64,000 nucleotides of DNA, taken from positions 1 to 64,000 of the IMG/VR virus record IMGVR_UViG_3300032214_001486; one strand, given 5' to 3'. The translations under genes and the position numbers were made by a program. Numbering within the stretch: position 1 is the stretch's first letter; the number at the start of each line of letters is the position of its first letter. The notes below the pieces were generated by a model. The model did not search any database. It was not told where the DNA came from and saw only the letters and a program-made list of their open reading frames with translations. The stretch is from a virus. This document shows, piece after piece, positions 49,796 to 61,611 of this stretch.

Positions 49796-51076
49796 TTACT
49801 TCCCCGCCGATGGGGGCGCGGGTATTTCGTGCCGGGTGCCGTCCTTTAAGGTCGCCTCCACCCTCCCGGCACGGGCCGCGGTCATGCCCGCAATTTCCGC
49901 CGGGTCAACCCCGTGCTCCATGACCGCCGCTTGCCAGTCCAGCACGCGGAGCAGCTTTTGCATTTCCGCGATCTTGGCCTGGATGGTGCCCACCAATTGC
50001 CGGGTAGCCCGGCCACGGGCGGGCAGGTCCAGCGGGGCGTCGGGGTCACCAGCCATCGGGGCCGCCGTCGTCGGGGCCATCGTCGTAACAACCCCCGTAA
50101 CCCCCGTCCTCGTCGTCGATGGGCTCGTCGGCCTCATACCGATCCCTAATGTCGGGCCGGAATTGGGCCAATTTCTCGTCCTCACAGTCGGGGCAGACCC
50201 GGCAGAGAGGAATTCCATACCCGTCCTTAATCCAGTAGGTTGAAAGGGTGCTGATTTTGCCGCCGACACACTTATGCTCTTGCTTGGGCGGGGCGGGGGG
50301 ATCGTAAAGGTGAACGATGGTGGACATTATTTCTCCTCCGTGTAGCCGTCAAACCACGGGCCGCGCTTTTGGGTGTAAGCGCGGGCCTTCGCCGTCGTCG
50401 CCGTCTTGGACGACGTTTCGGGGTCACTACAATGGGCCTGCGCTTCCGCCAGCGTCAAGCCGGTCTTGACTGTGCGCTTGCGCGAGCCATTGTAGAATTG
50501 TCGGACGATCTTATACACCTTCCGCCTCCCATGCGGCCTCAGCCGCATCGTTTTCAGCTTCCTCGGCCTCGACCGCGGCCCACACCAGGGCCTCAACCTC
50601 GGACCACCCCGCCTCGTCGTCGCTCAGGCCAGGGTCGGCGCCCTCGGCCCACACGACGGCCCCCAATTCGGGGCCTTCGGGGGGCTGCCAGTAATTTCCG
50701 GGGTGACCGGGGCCGTATTCCGCGACCCCCCGGACCTCGACACCGCGGACGGTGCCGGAAAATTCGACCCGGCGGGCCATTATTTCTCCCCGGCGGGCTC
50801 GGAGGCGGCGGCCTCAGCGGCGGCGGCGAGCTGGGCGGTGGGCTGGGCGGCGAGCTGGGCGTCCAGCCACGCCGTATAGAGCGGCAACATTTCCGCCGCG
50901 GTGCGGGCTTTGAGTCCGCTGACTTCTTTCGCCGCGGCGAGCGCGCTGCCGTTGCGGGCTACCCGCATACCGGCAGCCTCCAAGCGGAGCGCGCTTTTGA
51001 TCGTCACACACCGGTATAGGATCACGTCGGCGCCTGTGAAAATCACGGTGCCGTTGGGCTTTCTCTCGATAGCCAA
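49796..51076 (-). CDS. Five small early-type genes (49796-50056, 50046-50327, 50327-50518, 50511-50780, 50780-51076)
   Basis: Overlapping start/stop codons downstream of promoter module copy 3. Confidence 0.6.
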
Positions 51077-51180
51077 GGGGGCTCCTGGGCGGGGCGTGGG
51101 GGAGAGGGGAGGGGGCCGCCGCCGACACCAACCTGATAGCCGCCCCCCTGCCGGTCGTCAAGGCTGGACCCTCAACTTTT
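51077..51180 (-). promoter_or_regulatory. Conserved early promoter/leader module, copy 3
   Basis: Reverse complement TTGACG AC CGGCAGGGGGGCGGCTATCAGGT...C-tract...AGGAGCCCCC TTG. Confidence 0.7.
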
Positions 51181-51256
51181 TGTGTGCTACGCTGTGGGCG
51201 CGGCCAGCGGCGCGTTTTGCGCTATTCCTGCGCCTTTACACACCAGGGGGCTTATC

Positions 51257-52759
51257 GTGTCGATTTATGCTTTTAGCGGAGTCAGCGCCGCGGGCGCTGC
51301 CGCCACGCCGGTCGTGATCGACGGGCCTCTCGGCGGTTTCGGCGAAGTATCTACGGAAATTCCCACGCCGGCCGCTCAGGTAGACTTCATCTATAACGTC
51401 AACGCCGTCGTTTTGGCGACCTACACCTACCTTGCGGGTGCAACGGTCGCGCAGAGCGCGGGGGAAGCCGTCGTTAGCTCAGGCACAAACGCGGCCGGCT
51501 ATTCTCGCCTTTTCGCGCGTCGGGTTATCCGGTATCGGCCCGGTCAGGGCTCGCTTATCCGCATGACAGCGCGGTTTTCGGCAGGCACCGTGGGAAACCG
51601 GCAGCTAATCGGCGCCTATAACGTCATCGCCGGCTATCAATTTGGCTACGTTGACGATGTTTTTGGTATTCTGCACACCAGCGCCGCGGGCGTTGAAATT
51701 CAAGCGTTGACCATCACCGGGTCGCCCGCAGCCCCCGGCAACGTGACAATTACCTTGGACGGCGGGACAGCAGTAACCGCCGCGGTAACGGCGTCAGGCA
51801 GCACCTCAATCTGCGCTTGGCAAATTAGTCAAGCAGATTATTCGCAGACCGCGGGCGGCTGGGATGCGATGGCGCTGGGCAACATTGTGTACTTTGTCCG
51901 CCGGATTGCGGGCCCCGCCGGGGCGTCTACCTTCGCTGCGGGGGCTACGGGCACGGTCGCGGCGTTCACGATCCCGACCATCGGCGTAGCTCCGACAGAA
52001 ACTTTCATCCCGCAGGCCGCCTGGAACGGGGACAAATTCAACGGAACCGGGGCGTCAGCCGTTACTCTCAACCCGCAGAACGGCAACATCTACGCCATTC
52101 AATTCCAATACTTAGGCTACGGGGATGCGTTCTTCTACATCGAGAACCCCAAGACGGGGCGGTTTGCGCTCTGCCACACCATTCAGAACGCCAACGCGCG
52201 GACTTCGACGGTGCTCCGCAACCCGGCGGCGTACATCACTTGGGAGAGCCGGAACACCGGGTCCACCACCAGCGTAGCTGTCCGGGGCGCGTCGGGGTCG
52301 GCCTTCACCGAGGGCGATGTGCGCTTCCTTGGGCCGCGGTTTGCCTACCCGGCGACGCGGGCCGTTGGGGCCGGCGTGCTCACGCCCCTAATGACCTTGC
52401 GCTCTACGCGGGTGTACCAGAACCAAGCGGCCACAGGGCAGCTTCGCCTCGACCGCCTATCGGTTGCCTGCGACGGCACAAAGTCAGTGGAGATCAGGCT
52501 GTATACCGGCGCAACCTTGACTGCTGCTCAATTCTCGCGGGTGTCTGCGGCTACGTCAATGACTGACGTGGACACCGCGGCGACCGCAGTATCCGGTGGA
52601 ACCTTGATCTACGCTTTCACCCTGGCAAAAACCGGAAACTCGACTGACGACCTATCCGACCTCGATATTGTCTTAGAGGCGGGTACTATCGTCACGGTGA
52701 CTGCATTTTCGGCCAACGCCAACGATGTGACCGCGACCGTAACGTGGGTCGAGGACTAA
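51257..52759 (+). CDS. Probable virion structural protein
   Basis: 500-aa A/G/T-rich, beta-rich ORF; YRPGQG, QYLGYG. Confidence 0.6.
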   Translation: MSIYAFSGVSAAGAAATPVVIDGPLGGFGEVSTEIPTPAAQVDFIYNVNAVVLATYTYLAGATVAQSAGEAVVSSGTNAAGYSRLFARRVIRYRPGQGSLIRMTARFSAGTVGNRQLIGAYNVIAGYQFGYVDDVFGILHTSAAGVEIQALTITGSPAAPGNVTITLDGGTAVTAAVTASGSTSICAWQISQADYSQTAGGWDAMALGNIVYFVRRIAGPAGASTFAAGATGTVAAFTIPTIGVAPTETFIPQAAWNGDKFNGTGASAVTLNPQNGNIYAIQFQYLGYGDAFFYIENPKTGRFALCHTIQNANARTSTVLRNPAAYITWESRNTGSTTSVAVRGASGSAFTEGDVRFLGPRFAYPATRAVGAGVLTPLMTLRSTRVYQNQAATGQLRLDRLSVACDGTKSVEIRLYTGATLTAAQFSRVSAATSMTDVDTAATAVSGGTLIYAFTLAKTGNSTDDLSDLDIVLEAGTIVTVTAFSANANDVTATVTWVED

Positions 52760-52770
52760 GCGAAGGCGGG

Positions 52771-53457
52771 TCAAGGCGCGAGCAGAGCATCCACAAACAG
52801 GTTTAGCGATTGCTGGCCTGCTTTGCTCTCTAACCATCGTTCGCAGAACGGCTTGTCTGCGCCCGGATGCTCAAAGTAGGGGTCGTTTGTCCGCTGCCAC
52901 ACAAAGGCCCCATTTTCCGTGGGTACTTGGAAGTGGAACCAGCGAAAGACCTCCTGTAAGTGTGTAGCCGCGGCGAGGGATTTCCAGTGTAGACCCGCGA
53001 CGATGACCCCACACCGCTTGCCGGTCATCGGGTAGGGCTCACCCCAGCTTGCGCCTCGGTTTTCCAGGGTGTCCATGCGCTCGATGATCTTCTGCATGAG
53101 GGCTGAGTGTGAACCCCACCGGGTTGAAGTCGCAAAAAGCACGGTGTCGGCCCACGCAAGGCCATCGTAGATCACAGGCATCTGATCGACGCCGCCGTAC
53201 TTCTTGGGGTTCTTCACACTTTCGTAGTGCGCCCAGCACCGATAGGGTCCAGACTCCGGGTTCGCGCAGTCCCGCTTGCCGTTGGCATAGCAGCTTAGGT
53301 TCTGCACAATGTGCAGGTCGTTCGCGTTGATGGTGCGGATAACCGCCTGGGGATTGCGCTCTTTGATGCGAAACAGGGCCGCCTCGGTCATCGCAACCGA
53401 CGTACTCAGCTTCGCGTCATGCGTCGTCGTGCTGATCGCAAGGACATTCTTTGCCAT
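52771..53457 (-). CDS. Flavodoxin-like NADPH-dependent FMN reductase / Fe-S flavoprotein
   Basis: Cys cluster, D.M..IYD.L.WAD..LFAT..RWG.S..MQK.IER, GK..G. Confidence 0.8.
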   Translation of the reverse strand: MAKNVLAISTTTHDAKLSTSVAMTEAALFRIKERNPQAVIRTINANDLHIVQNLSCYANGKRDCANPESGPYRCWAHYESVKNPKKYGGVDQMPVIYDGLAWADTVLFATSTRWGSHSALMQKIIERMDTLENRGASWGEPYPMTGKRCGVIVAGLHWKSLAAATHLQEVFRWFHFQVPTENGAFVWQRTNDPYFEHPGADKPFCERWLESKAGQQSLNLFVDALLAP

Positions 53458-53502
53458 TAGCTTGCTCTCCAGATACCCCAGGGGCGAGCGGCGGACGGGG
53501 CT

Positions 53503-54234
53503 CTACTTGCCCCGCACGGACTCCACGAGAGCAAGGGCCAGGGCGTACTCCAATAGGTGCTCATAGGACCATGCAAGATCGGACAGCGTTGCTTTTTGAG
53601 GCACCCCGTTGACAGACCAGCCGGAATTGCCTGTCTTTTTCTTGAACTTTAGGGTTTTGAGGCTGTTCACGAGGCCGGCGACAAGATATGCGTTGATCTC
53701 ACCCCATACTTCGGGTCCGTAGGACTGACCATAAGCCCGGATATTGCGGATTGTGCCCAAGGGGCCGGAGGAAACAGGGTCGGTAGAATGAACGTGGTCG
53801 TTGCTGAACAGCCGGACCATCAGCAGGTAGGTAGAATAGGTGCCTGGGTGGGGGTTATTCCACCGTTTTGTCGTGGGGTTCAGCGTTTGCGCGACAAACC
53901 GATACCCCTTGTTCTTTTTGTACTCCAGCCAGTACCGCATGAGCGTCCGGTGTCGCCCATAGGGGTAGTCCTCCACGACATACGCGGTGTTCTCGTCGGT
54001 ATGCCCATAGAGGACTTCGCCCTTTGGGTCAAATTCAAACGGGGCCCGTTCCCACAATAGCTCTGCGGTACGGATGGGGTTCGCCTCGATCCAGTCGAGC
54101 AGCCGGGCTTGCTCCGGGTAGGCGGCGAGCCAGTCTAATAGGTTCAAGTCGCTGCTGCCCCGCGCCGGGGTGAGCCGCCGCACAATCTTTTGGGCGGCCT
54201 TGTAGGCTAAGGGCTCGTACTTTTCGTCAGACAC
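53503..54234 (-). CDS. Hypothetical protein
   Basis: GTG start with a GAGG RBS in a duplicated leader. Confidence 0.7.
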   Translation of the reverse strand: MSDEKYEPLAYKAAQKIVRRLTPARGSSDLNLLDWLAAYPEQARLLDWIEANPIRTAELLWERAPFEFDPKGEVLYGHTDENTAYVVEDYPYGRHRTLMRYWLEYKKNKGYRFVAQTLNPTTKRWNNPHPGTYSTYLLMVRLFSNDHVHSTDPVSSGPLGTIRNIRAYGQSYGPEVWGEINAYLVAGLVNSLKTLKFKKKTGNSGWSVNGVPQKATLSDLAWSYEHLLEYALALALVESVRGK

Positions 54235-54348
54235 GGGATACCTCGGGGGTGTATGGGGGGAAAGGGGCCAGTCTACCCTTTAGCGGCAGGCGCAAGCAAG
54301 CACGGGGCTCACGTTCCTGCGGCCCGCGCCGGCAGAATACCTTAACAC

Positions 54349-55182
54349 TCAACGCTGAGCCCTTAACTGATTTACTACCTGCCTAATCACCCCCCAAAAC
54401 AGCAAGAGCTTAAATAGGTGCGCCCAAGAGTCATCGTACTCCCCAAAGTTTTCGAGGGGAAGCCCCTGCTTTTTTCTCCACATTTCTTGTTGAATTGCCC
54501 CAATTATGGGCTGGATATGGGCTGTCGGGGCAAAGTGTGCCCTCCAGACAGCAGTTTTGGGGTCATTGTCGAGGATGCACACCCCGCAATCCTGTAGGGC
54601 TTTAAGTAGACTTTCGGGGTCATGGGCATCGTACTCGACCAGCCAAGGGTCGCGGATAACACGAGTAGAACCAACACTGATTTCAACCCCCCTTAGTACA
54701 ACAAAATCTGCGGAGCGGTGAAGTTCGGTGGGGGGTTTTGTCCTTGGGTCCATATTGTCCACAACGTCACTGATCGACATCGTTTCGTGGTTGGGCCACT
54801 GAGACTGCAAAATCAAGAGAGACGGACTTTTGCGGGTTGCGGCTTTGGGTACAACCCAAATATCCTTTATGTTACCTACGGATTGGCCTCCTTCTATTTC
54901 TTCCGTTTCTTTCTTTGCCTTTTTGTGCCATTTGGGCCAAGTACTCACAGGGATGGCCCGCGGGTCCGAGGGAATGACAGGAGGAAACGCTCGAAGAAAC
55001 TCGTTTACGATCAAAGTCGGCCAGCGGTTTCTGGTTTTTTCGTGCCCGTCCCCGTTCTCGGGGCTACCCTCACCACCGGAGGCTATAAGGTCGGGCAGGA
55101 CAGCCTGAAACACAGGCAGGGGCATCTTATCCACAAAGAGATCAAGAGCGGCCCAAATTTTAGGGGGGCTACGGTAGGACAC
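54349..55182 (-). CDS. Hypothetical protein (start reassigned to GTG 55182)
   Basis: Same leader as at 54234. Confidence 0.65.
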   Translation of the reverse strand: MSYRSPPKIWAALDLFVDKMPLPVFQAVLPDLIASGGEGSPENGDGHEKTRNRWPTLIVNEFLRAFPPVIPSDPRAIPVSTWPKWHKKAKKETEEIEGGQSVGNIKDIWVVPKAATRKSPSLLILQSQWPNHETMSISDVVDNMDPRTKPPTELHRSADFVVLRGVEISVGSTRVIRDPWLVEYDAHDPESLLKALQDCGVCILDNDPKTAVWRAHFAPTAHIQPIIGAIQQEMWRKKQGLPLENFGEYDDSWAHLFKLLLFWGVIRQVVNQLRAQR

Positions 55183-55250
55183 GGGATACCTCGGGGGCGG
55201 GCAGGAGGAGAGGGGCCAGTCTACCCCTTGGCGGCGATAGAAAGCAAGGG

Positions 55251-56366
55251 TTAGAGGGGTTCGCCGGGGCCGCGCCATACGCCGCCATAGACCGGGCCCT
55301 CGGAGCCGTCCCAGGTGCCGCCGTAGATGACAGCACCGCCGCTAATTTCGGCGTCGCCCTCAACGATGGTATCATTGTAGAGCTTGCACGTCCCTACTTG
55401 TGCCCGGCCACCAACGTAAACCCGGTCGTGAAGCTGAGCATCATCATAAACCTGGGCTCCGTCGCACACTTGGCTATGGCCGTAAACGCAAGCACCGCCA
55501 ATGACGACGGCATTATCGCCTACATAGCTATCGTCCGTCACCAGGGCTTCGTCCCCGACCTGGGCGCTGCCCGATACCAGCGCCCGACCCGACACCGTAG
55601 CGGCCCCGGAAACCTCTGCGTCGCCCCTGATCTCAGGAGTACCCGCTAAGGTTGCGTTGTCCTTTACCACGGCATCATCGAACACAAACGGACCTGCGGA
55701 CGGGTCTAAGCCTTCAATATCGACCGTGCTCTCGATTACGCCCGCACCCTCAACGTAGCGCAGCCGGTTGAGTTTGGTATCGGTATTTTCCAGCTCGTTA
55801 AGGTACTGTAGGCATTTCTCCAAAAAATCGCCGTAGATGCTGTAGTCAACCTGTTTAGCCTTATACCCACGGCCAACTTTGTAATCTACCCATTTTTTGT
55901 GGGTGTAGGTCAAACGGGAAGCCTGATAGTCATACAATTCGTCTACGGTCTTGTCGATTGCCGCGGCTGCGTCTGCTCGGAAATCCTCGGCCCAACCCTC
56001 AGTGTACCCTTCTTCTCCTGCGGCCCAATCGAAGATATTGTCTACTTCGTTACTAATTTCGTGGTAGTCGTCGTGCTCAGACTTGAACCCCTGGATATGG
56101 GCGTTCACCTTGACCATGTATTGCTTGAACACGCCCAGGATGTAGCAGTAGGCGGCGATTGCATCCACCTTACCCTTCTGCCGCTCTTTGTCCCTCCGCT
56201 CAATCAAGCCCTTGGCGAGAAAGGCCCCGTAGTACAGCGGCTTGCTTTGGTACTTCTTGTCCTTTGGGCTGTTCGGCTTTAGCTTCTTTTGGATCTTATT
56301 TTCGCAAACGCCGTAGGCGCTGGCGCCCCGCTGAATGAGCACGCTTGGGTCTTGGGTGTAAGGCAT
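55251..56366 (-). CDS. Protein with C-terminal left-handed beta-helix hexapeptide repeats
   Basis: AxVxGx repeats; ends GGTWDGSEG. Confidence 0.75.
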   Translation of the reverse strand: MPYTQDPSVLIQRGASAYGVCENKIQKKLKPNSPKDKKYQSKPLYYGAFLAKGLIERRDKERQKGKVDAIAAYCYILGVFKQYMVKVNAHIQGFKSEHDDYHEISNEVDNIFDWAAGEEGYTEGWAEDFRADAAAAIDKTVDELYDYQASRLTYTHKKWVDYKVGRGYKAKQVDYSIYGDFLEKCLQYLNELENTDTKLNRLRYVEGAGVIESTVDIEGLDPSAGPFVFDDAVVKDNATLAGTPEIRGDAEVSGAATVSGRALVSGSAQVGDEALVTDDSYVGDNAVVIGGACVYGHSQVCDGAQVYDDAQLHDRVYVGGRAQVGTCKLYNDTIVEGDAEISGGAVIYGGTWDGSEGPVYGGVWRGPGEPL

Positions 56367-56395
56367 GGTGTGTGTCCTCTGGTCGAAAGCAGAAA

Positions 56396-58080
56396 TTAGC
56401 GCATAAGCATAGGCATTACCAGCATTAGCTGTTTGCCTGTGTCGGCGTCCAGTATGAGCAGCATTTCGCTTTTTGGTATCTGGTGTACTCGGAAACGGGA
56501 GTAACCCGCTTTTTTGAGCAGCGTGATAAGTTTGGCGCTTAGTGAGTATTGACCCAAGTTTATGTCTACGCTATCTCTTGTCGCGGACACGCCCCGCACG
56601 GGCTGAGGTTGGGATAGGCGGGCCGCCGCAATATTTTCCTGAGTCGGAGAAACAAGGTTGATCTGATCTTCTGCCTTTTTGCCCGTGCGGTTGTACCCCA
56701 GCGTCCGATCACAAGCGGGGTCGAACAGGTCTACCCGGTTGCCTCGGATCTTCTGGTAAACGTCGATAGGGATGATGTAAGAACCCGCCGCAACCGCGTT
56801 TTGCCCCATGTAGATTAGGGGGACTGACGTTCTTTCGCTTAACAGGTCAGACAGCTTTGCCCCAAAACCCTTTATATTTGTGCGTGTGGGCCAATTGCGG
56901 TAGAGATCGGCTACGTCTTTTTCAGCCTTGTCAAAGTAGTGCGCGATGGGGCCATTCAGATCCAGCACGCGGGGGGAGGCTTCTGCCTTGCGGATTAGAC
57001 TCGTTTGAGTAGCTCTATCCCGCCATTCTGTGAGGACTTCTCGCCCTACGTCGGTGAGTACAGCTTGTGTCTCGCTTAGATCGTACAAGGCTGATAACTG
57101 TTCTTTCGCGGCCTTTTCTTCCTTTCGTGTTGCTCGGGGAGCATAGGTACGGAAGGCAGACAGTAATTCCTCTGTTTTGATCGGTTCTGTTAAACCCCGA
57201 ACGTACAACGCAAGTAAAGCGGTGTAGTTTCGATCTGTGCTGGCTGCGAACAAGGCCCGCATGACCCGTGCCCGTGTAGTGTCCTCGTTGCGCTTGACTT
57301 CCTCCCAGGCGAGGGCCTTTTCGACCATATCGGTTAGGTCGAAGTCACGCGCGGCGGGGAACCGGGCATTGACTTCTGCGATGACCCTTTGGGGATCAAT
57401 GTTTTTGGGGGCGACCACGGCGTACCTCGCAGGGAAAAGCCCCGCCAGTATAGCACAGGCGGGGCCGGGTTGTCGAGCGCAGTTTTCGCCCGACCCTAAT
57501 CGTCAACCTTTGCCTTCCTCCGCTTGCTTGTCACCGGGTAGTGCTTATTCATCCAGGCTTTCACGGCTCCGTAGCGTTCACCGTAGGGTATCTGCCCGTA
57601 GTCGTGCGCGACATACATATCCTTTAGGTATTTCGCGGCGTCCTGACTCCAGATGCGACGGGCTTCTTCCTGCTGTTCGATGGTAATGGCGCCCGTATCT
57701 GCTCGGTCTGCGAGTACCCGTTGAATGTCCGAGACAAACATTCGCTTTACGAAGATGCCCTGTAGGGCGCCGTAGAAGTCTGCCGCCAAGCTACCGGGGG
57801 AAGGGGCCGAGCCGCGCACAAGGAACCCGCCATCGCCCCTTTCAGGGTAAGAGCTTTGTGCCCACGCTGCGATGTTCTCCCGCGTCGGGGGCAGCCGTAG
57901 TCCCGGCTGGGCCTCAACCGCAGCGTAGATCAGCCGGGCGGTCTTGCTTTCGTTCTGGTCTACCCATTCGCGCAGACCAGGGCTCTCCCGCTCCCGCAGC
58001 GTGATCTCCCGGTCTACCAGCCGCCACAACGCCGCCGCTTTCAGCCGCAACGCAAATTCTGTGTCTCGGTCTGTGGTCAT
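56396..58080 (-). CDS. Two hypothetical genes (56396-57418, 57496-58080)
   Basis: GAGG RBSs. Confidence 0.65.
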
Positions 58081-60539
58081 GTCGTCCTCGGTCCTTGTAG
58101 CTGCTCGTCGGTGAAGGTGCCTTCTTCTTCGCCGTTAACGTACTCAACGTACAGGCCGGGCAAGTTTTTACTTATGCGTGTCGATCCTACGCTGACCCGA
58201 TAGAACCCCAACCCGTCGTCTGTCTTGTCACCTTCGGCCCCTCTGTTCTCGTCGGTGTTATCGTCGTCGTCAGACCTGTACTTTTTGCGAAACCCAATAT
58301 CTGTGTGCCACGTTACGGGTTGCTCTGACAAAAGCTGTGTCATTCTGTTCGCATAGCCATCGCTGCCCGGCAAGTAAGGCCAATATGCCCGCCGTAGGAA
58401 GTAGTCGCTTTGGTCCTCTACGGATTGTGTGGGGAGAACCCTTCCAAACGCCTTAGTGAAGTCCGCCGCATCAGCGACAGCCCAAGAGGGTGTGTAGCGG
58501 GTCGTGTCCCGCCGCATTGAGTCAAACCGGCGTTTAAGGTAATCTGCGATATTCTCTCCCCCCTCTTTCCGGTCACGCGCACCCCGAGCTTTCTTATACA
58601 CTTCGTCTTGGATGCCGTAATACTTATGGATAAATGTTGCGAAGGTGTAGTACATATTCACGACGAGCAGAGCCAAATACTTGGCCCATCGACTACGGAC
58701 GCTTTTGACCTGTTCGACTACATCGGAAGGCAGCAGATTTTCGCACAGCAGCACATCGGGGTTGACGATCCAACCGTCCTTAGAAACGCAGAATTTCGCA
58801 AAAACATCGGCCACGACTTGCAAATCGTTATCCAGGGCCCCAAGGCGACCCGCGGCTGTATCGACACCAGACGAAAATAAGCAAGCGTCGGCCTGTCTGT
58901 AATTCAGGGCCCCCCGGCTTTCTTTCACAAGCAGGTCAAGGCAATCATTGACCTTCCGCGCTGCGGCTTGATACTCCGCGAGTAGCTGGGGGTTACAGAA
59001 AGAGAAGGGCTGGATATTCCCCCTAAAGTTCTTTGCGTACAGCCGAGCAAAGGGGTCGTTACGCCACGTTTGCTCGTCAAGATCGTAGGAGAATGGGCCC
59101 AGCAGCAATTCATTGAGGCGGTGGAAGGCATTGAAGAACGTGTGTGGTGTCTCCCGCAAAGGATCGCCGGGTTTGGCCTTGGAGCCTTGTAGCGGGGGGT
59201 GTACGAAGTCAATAAGCACCACAGACTTCCGCTTTTTGGCTTCCTCAGACGCCCTCTTGTAGAATTCCTCGCTCCGATAATTGTTAGGGGCGATCATAAA
59301 GGACAGGCGCAGCGAGGGTAGCCCCCGCTCCAAAGCGAGGCGATCAACGTGGTCTAAGCCCTTAGAGAATTTCTCTTTAGCGTCCTGCCGGAGCATGGGC
59401 CCAAAGTAGTAGTGAGCGGCGCCCTGCTTCCCCTTGAATTCATTTTGCCAGGAGAGCAGAGGGTTTGCACGGTAGCCGTTGGCCCGCGTTTTCGATTGCG
59501 TGTCGGGGGCGACCTTGCGGAAGCCACTATCCCCCTCATAAGGGATGAATTTCTTGTCAAAGAGGTTAGGTAGGTCCAGCCGGATACGGTAGCCCGACTT
59601 CGTGGCCTTTGTCGCTTCGATGACACCGCAAATCTGCGCTTCGGTAAATCCACCAAGTCTCTTAATGACAGCGCAGACGCGATCTCCGGCCGCTATCCCC
59701 TGACTCGACATACGCCCCGCGATCTTGTCTTTGTGTTCTTGCAGGTAAGCGTTGATCAGCAGGTCAATCTTGGTTTGGTTCTTTTCAAGGAATACCTTGT
59801 ACTCAGGGCTGCTTAGGTACTGATTGCGTCCGCCATATTCCTCGTATTTCCCCTCCATGTAGGCTAAGTATTCTGTGTAGGACTGTAGGCTCGGCTGTTT
59901 TTCCGGTATGACACCGGGTACACCTGGGCGCAACCGTTCTTCTGTGAACCCAGCATTGAAGGCAGTATACTGATCAATTGAGGTGCCGGCCGTGAATACC
60001 ACGCAGGGACCGCTGGTGAGGCGGTCTATTGCGATATTCTGAGCAGGAACGTGAGACAGACCCGCCTTGCCGGACAGGAGGCCGATTTCGCGCGCAGCCC
60101 GTTTCGTTTCATCCAGGCTGAGCTTGCCTTGGGGTGTGACCGTAGCAGCGAGGGTGTTCACCAGCATCTTTAGGTCAGCAGCTAAGCCTTTGTACTGGCC
60201 CCGAGCCGACCCCACAGACCACTCCCTGTTTCCCAGGATCAAGGTGCGGCCCGCCTTGCCATCCCGCATGACGCTGGGCGGGTTTGGGATGAATTCGTAA
60301 AGGCCGTCTGCCTGCGGGTCTGGACTTAGGTCCACACCATAGGCCAGCAGGACCGGGCGCAGCAGCAGAGGCAGGAACGGGTCAAGCCCTACAGCATCCC
60401 GCGCGTCCAAGGCGTCTGCGATTAGATCAAAGGTACGGGGTATATTTTGATCTACCCACGCTTTCAGCGCAGGTTTACCCTTGATCTTGGTCGATAACCG
60501 CCTGTAGACGCGGCCTTGTGTTTCGTTGACGGCTTTCAT
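58077..60539 (-). CDS. Large multi-segment hypothetical protein (820 aa)
   Basis: CGAGGACACCGACC-ATG leader. Confidence 0.75.
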   Translation of the reverse strand: MKAVNETQGRVYRRLSTKIKGKPALKAWVDQNIPRTFDLIADALDARDAVGLDPFLPLLLRPVLLAYGVDLSPDPQADGLYEFIPNPPSVMRDGKAGRTLILGNREWSVGSARGQYKGLAADLKMLVNTLAATVTPQGKLSLDETKRAAREIGLLSGKAGLSHVPAQNIAIDRLTSGPCVVFTAGTSIDQYTAFNAGFTEERLRPGVPGVIPEKQPSLQSYTEYLAYMEGKYEEYGGRNQYLSSPEYKVFLEKNQTKIDLLINAYLQEHKDKIAGRMSSQGIAAGDRVCAVIKRLGGFTEAQICGVIEATKATKSGYRIRLDLPNLFDKKFIPYEGDSGFRKVAPDTQSKTRANGYRANPLLSWQNEFKGKQGAAHYYFGPMLRQDAKEKFSKGLDHVDRLALERGLPSLRLSFMIAPNNYRSEEFYKRASEEAKKRKSVVLIDFVHPPLQGSKAKPGDPLRETPHTFFNAFHRLNELLLGPFSYDLDEQTWRNDPFARLYAKNFRGNIQPFSFCNPQLLAEYQAAARKVNDCLDLLVKESRGALNYRQADACLFSSGVDTAAGRLGALDNDLQVVADVFAKFCVSKDGWIVNPDVLLCENLLPSDVVEQVKSVRSRWAKYLALLVVNMYYTFATFIHKYYGIQDEVYKKARGARDRKEGGENIADYLKRRFDSMRRDTTRYTPSWAVADAADFTKAFGRVLPTQSVEDQSDYFLRRAYWPYLPGSDGYANRMTQLLSEQPVTWHTDIGFRKKYRSDDDDNTDENRGAEGDKTDDGLGFYRVSVGSTRISKNLPGLYVEYVNGEEEGTFTDEQLQGPRTT

Positions 60540-60555
60540 GGTCGGTGTCCTCGAC

Positions 60556-61611
60556 TTAGGCGGGGCGCTTGGCCTTGTGGGCTTTCAGGGCGGCTTGTGC
60601 TGCTTGGTACTGCTGCGTAGCCGATTGTAATTGTTGCTCTAAAGCCCTATACTCTGTCATGCTTTTTTTGTGGCTCCTGTCCGGCCCCCCAACTCTATCC
60701 CAAGCCTTGAGTCTCCCGTGTAGTGCTGACCGGGTGCGGTCAAGCTCGCGGGCCTGCTCTTGGAGTCGCGTAAACTCTGCCTCCCAAGCCGTGTTTGCCT
60801 CGGGTGCGGGGGACTCTACTCGTTTGGTCGGCAGCATTTCGCGTAAGCCTGGGAGTAAGACGGCGTTGAGCCAATTTTGGGCTTCCGCCCGCGTCGGGTT
60901 GTCTTGTAGCTTCCCGCACAAAAAGGAATAGTTCATATTCCAATTAGAAAGGGTTGGGCCTCCGTACTTCCCTGGGGGGAGGGCTAAGTATGCGGTTTGC
61001 ATCGCCACCACCTCGGGGTGCTTAGGTAGGGCCCCCCAGGCAGCATTTAGCCGGTCACGGTTGTACCGATCAACGCCGGGGGGCAGCGGAGGCGGCCAAT
61101 CGCTTGCGTCTGTCTGAGGCAAAAGCAAGGGGGCCGGGGCAGACCGGGTGTGCGCCCACCGGGGGCTAAGGGCATTAGACACCAGCGCCCCGGCAAAACG
61201 GTCCCGTACCGCTTTGAGAATGACTTGATCTTTGAGTTGATTAGAGGGAGAGTAGATTAGGCTGGGGGGATAGTTGTCAAAGATTTTGATGATAACGGTG
61301 TCTGTGTATTCTGTCGGCTGGATAAACCGATCAGCAGGCACCGTTACTCCCGGTACTTTGCGATAAACGGTCACGGGGCTACCGCTGTAAGTGTTGGGAT
61401 GAAAGGGGGCTTGTGCGGGCAGATACCAGAGCTTCGTCTGCACGGCGGGAAGTGGGGCTGTCTCCAACCCAATTCCGCGGCGTCTTAGCTCTGTTTCAAC
61501 CCAGCCGAGTAGAATGTCCTTGGGGGGAACAGTCTCCCAGCCTAATTTGTGGTCTATGTGTTTAGCGGCATTGGCAAGAACGTGGGCTAAGTACAATTTG
61601 CGCGTCGTCAT
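60556..61611 (-). CDS. Hypothetical protein with a C-terminal coiled coil
   Basis: Identical CGAGGACACCGACC-ATG leader. Confidence 0.7.
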   Translation of the reverse strand: MTTRKLYLAHVLANAAKHIDHKLGWETVPPKDILLGWVETELRRRGIGLETAPLPAVQTKLWYLPAQAPFHPNTYSGSPVTVYRKVPGVTVPADRFIQPTEYTDTVIIKIFDNYPPSLIYSPSNQLKDQVILKAVRDRFAGALVSNALSPRWAHTRSAPAPLLLPQTDASDWPPPLPPGVDRYNRDRLNAAWGALPKHPEVVAMQTAYLALPPGKYGGPTLSNWNMNYSFLCGKLQDNPTRAEAQNWLNAVLLPGLREMLPTKRVESPAPEANTAWEAEFTRLQEQARELDRTRSALHGRLKAWDRVGGPDRSHKKSMTEYRALEQQLQSATQQYQAAQAALKAHKAKRPA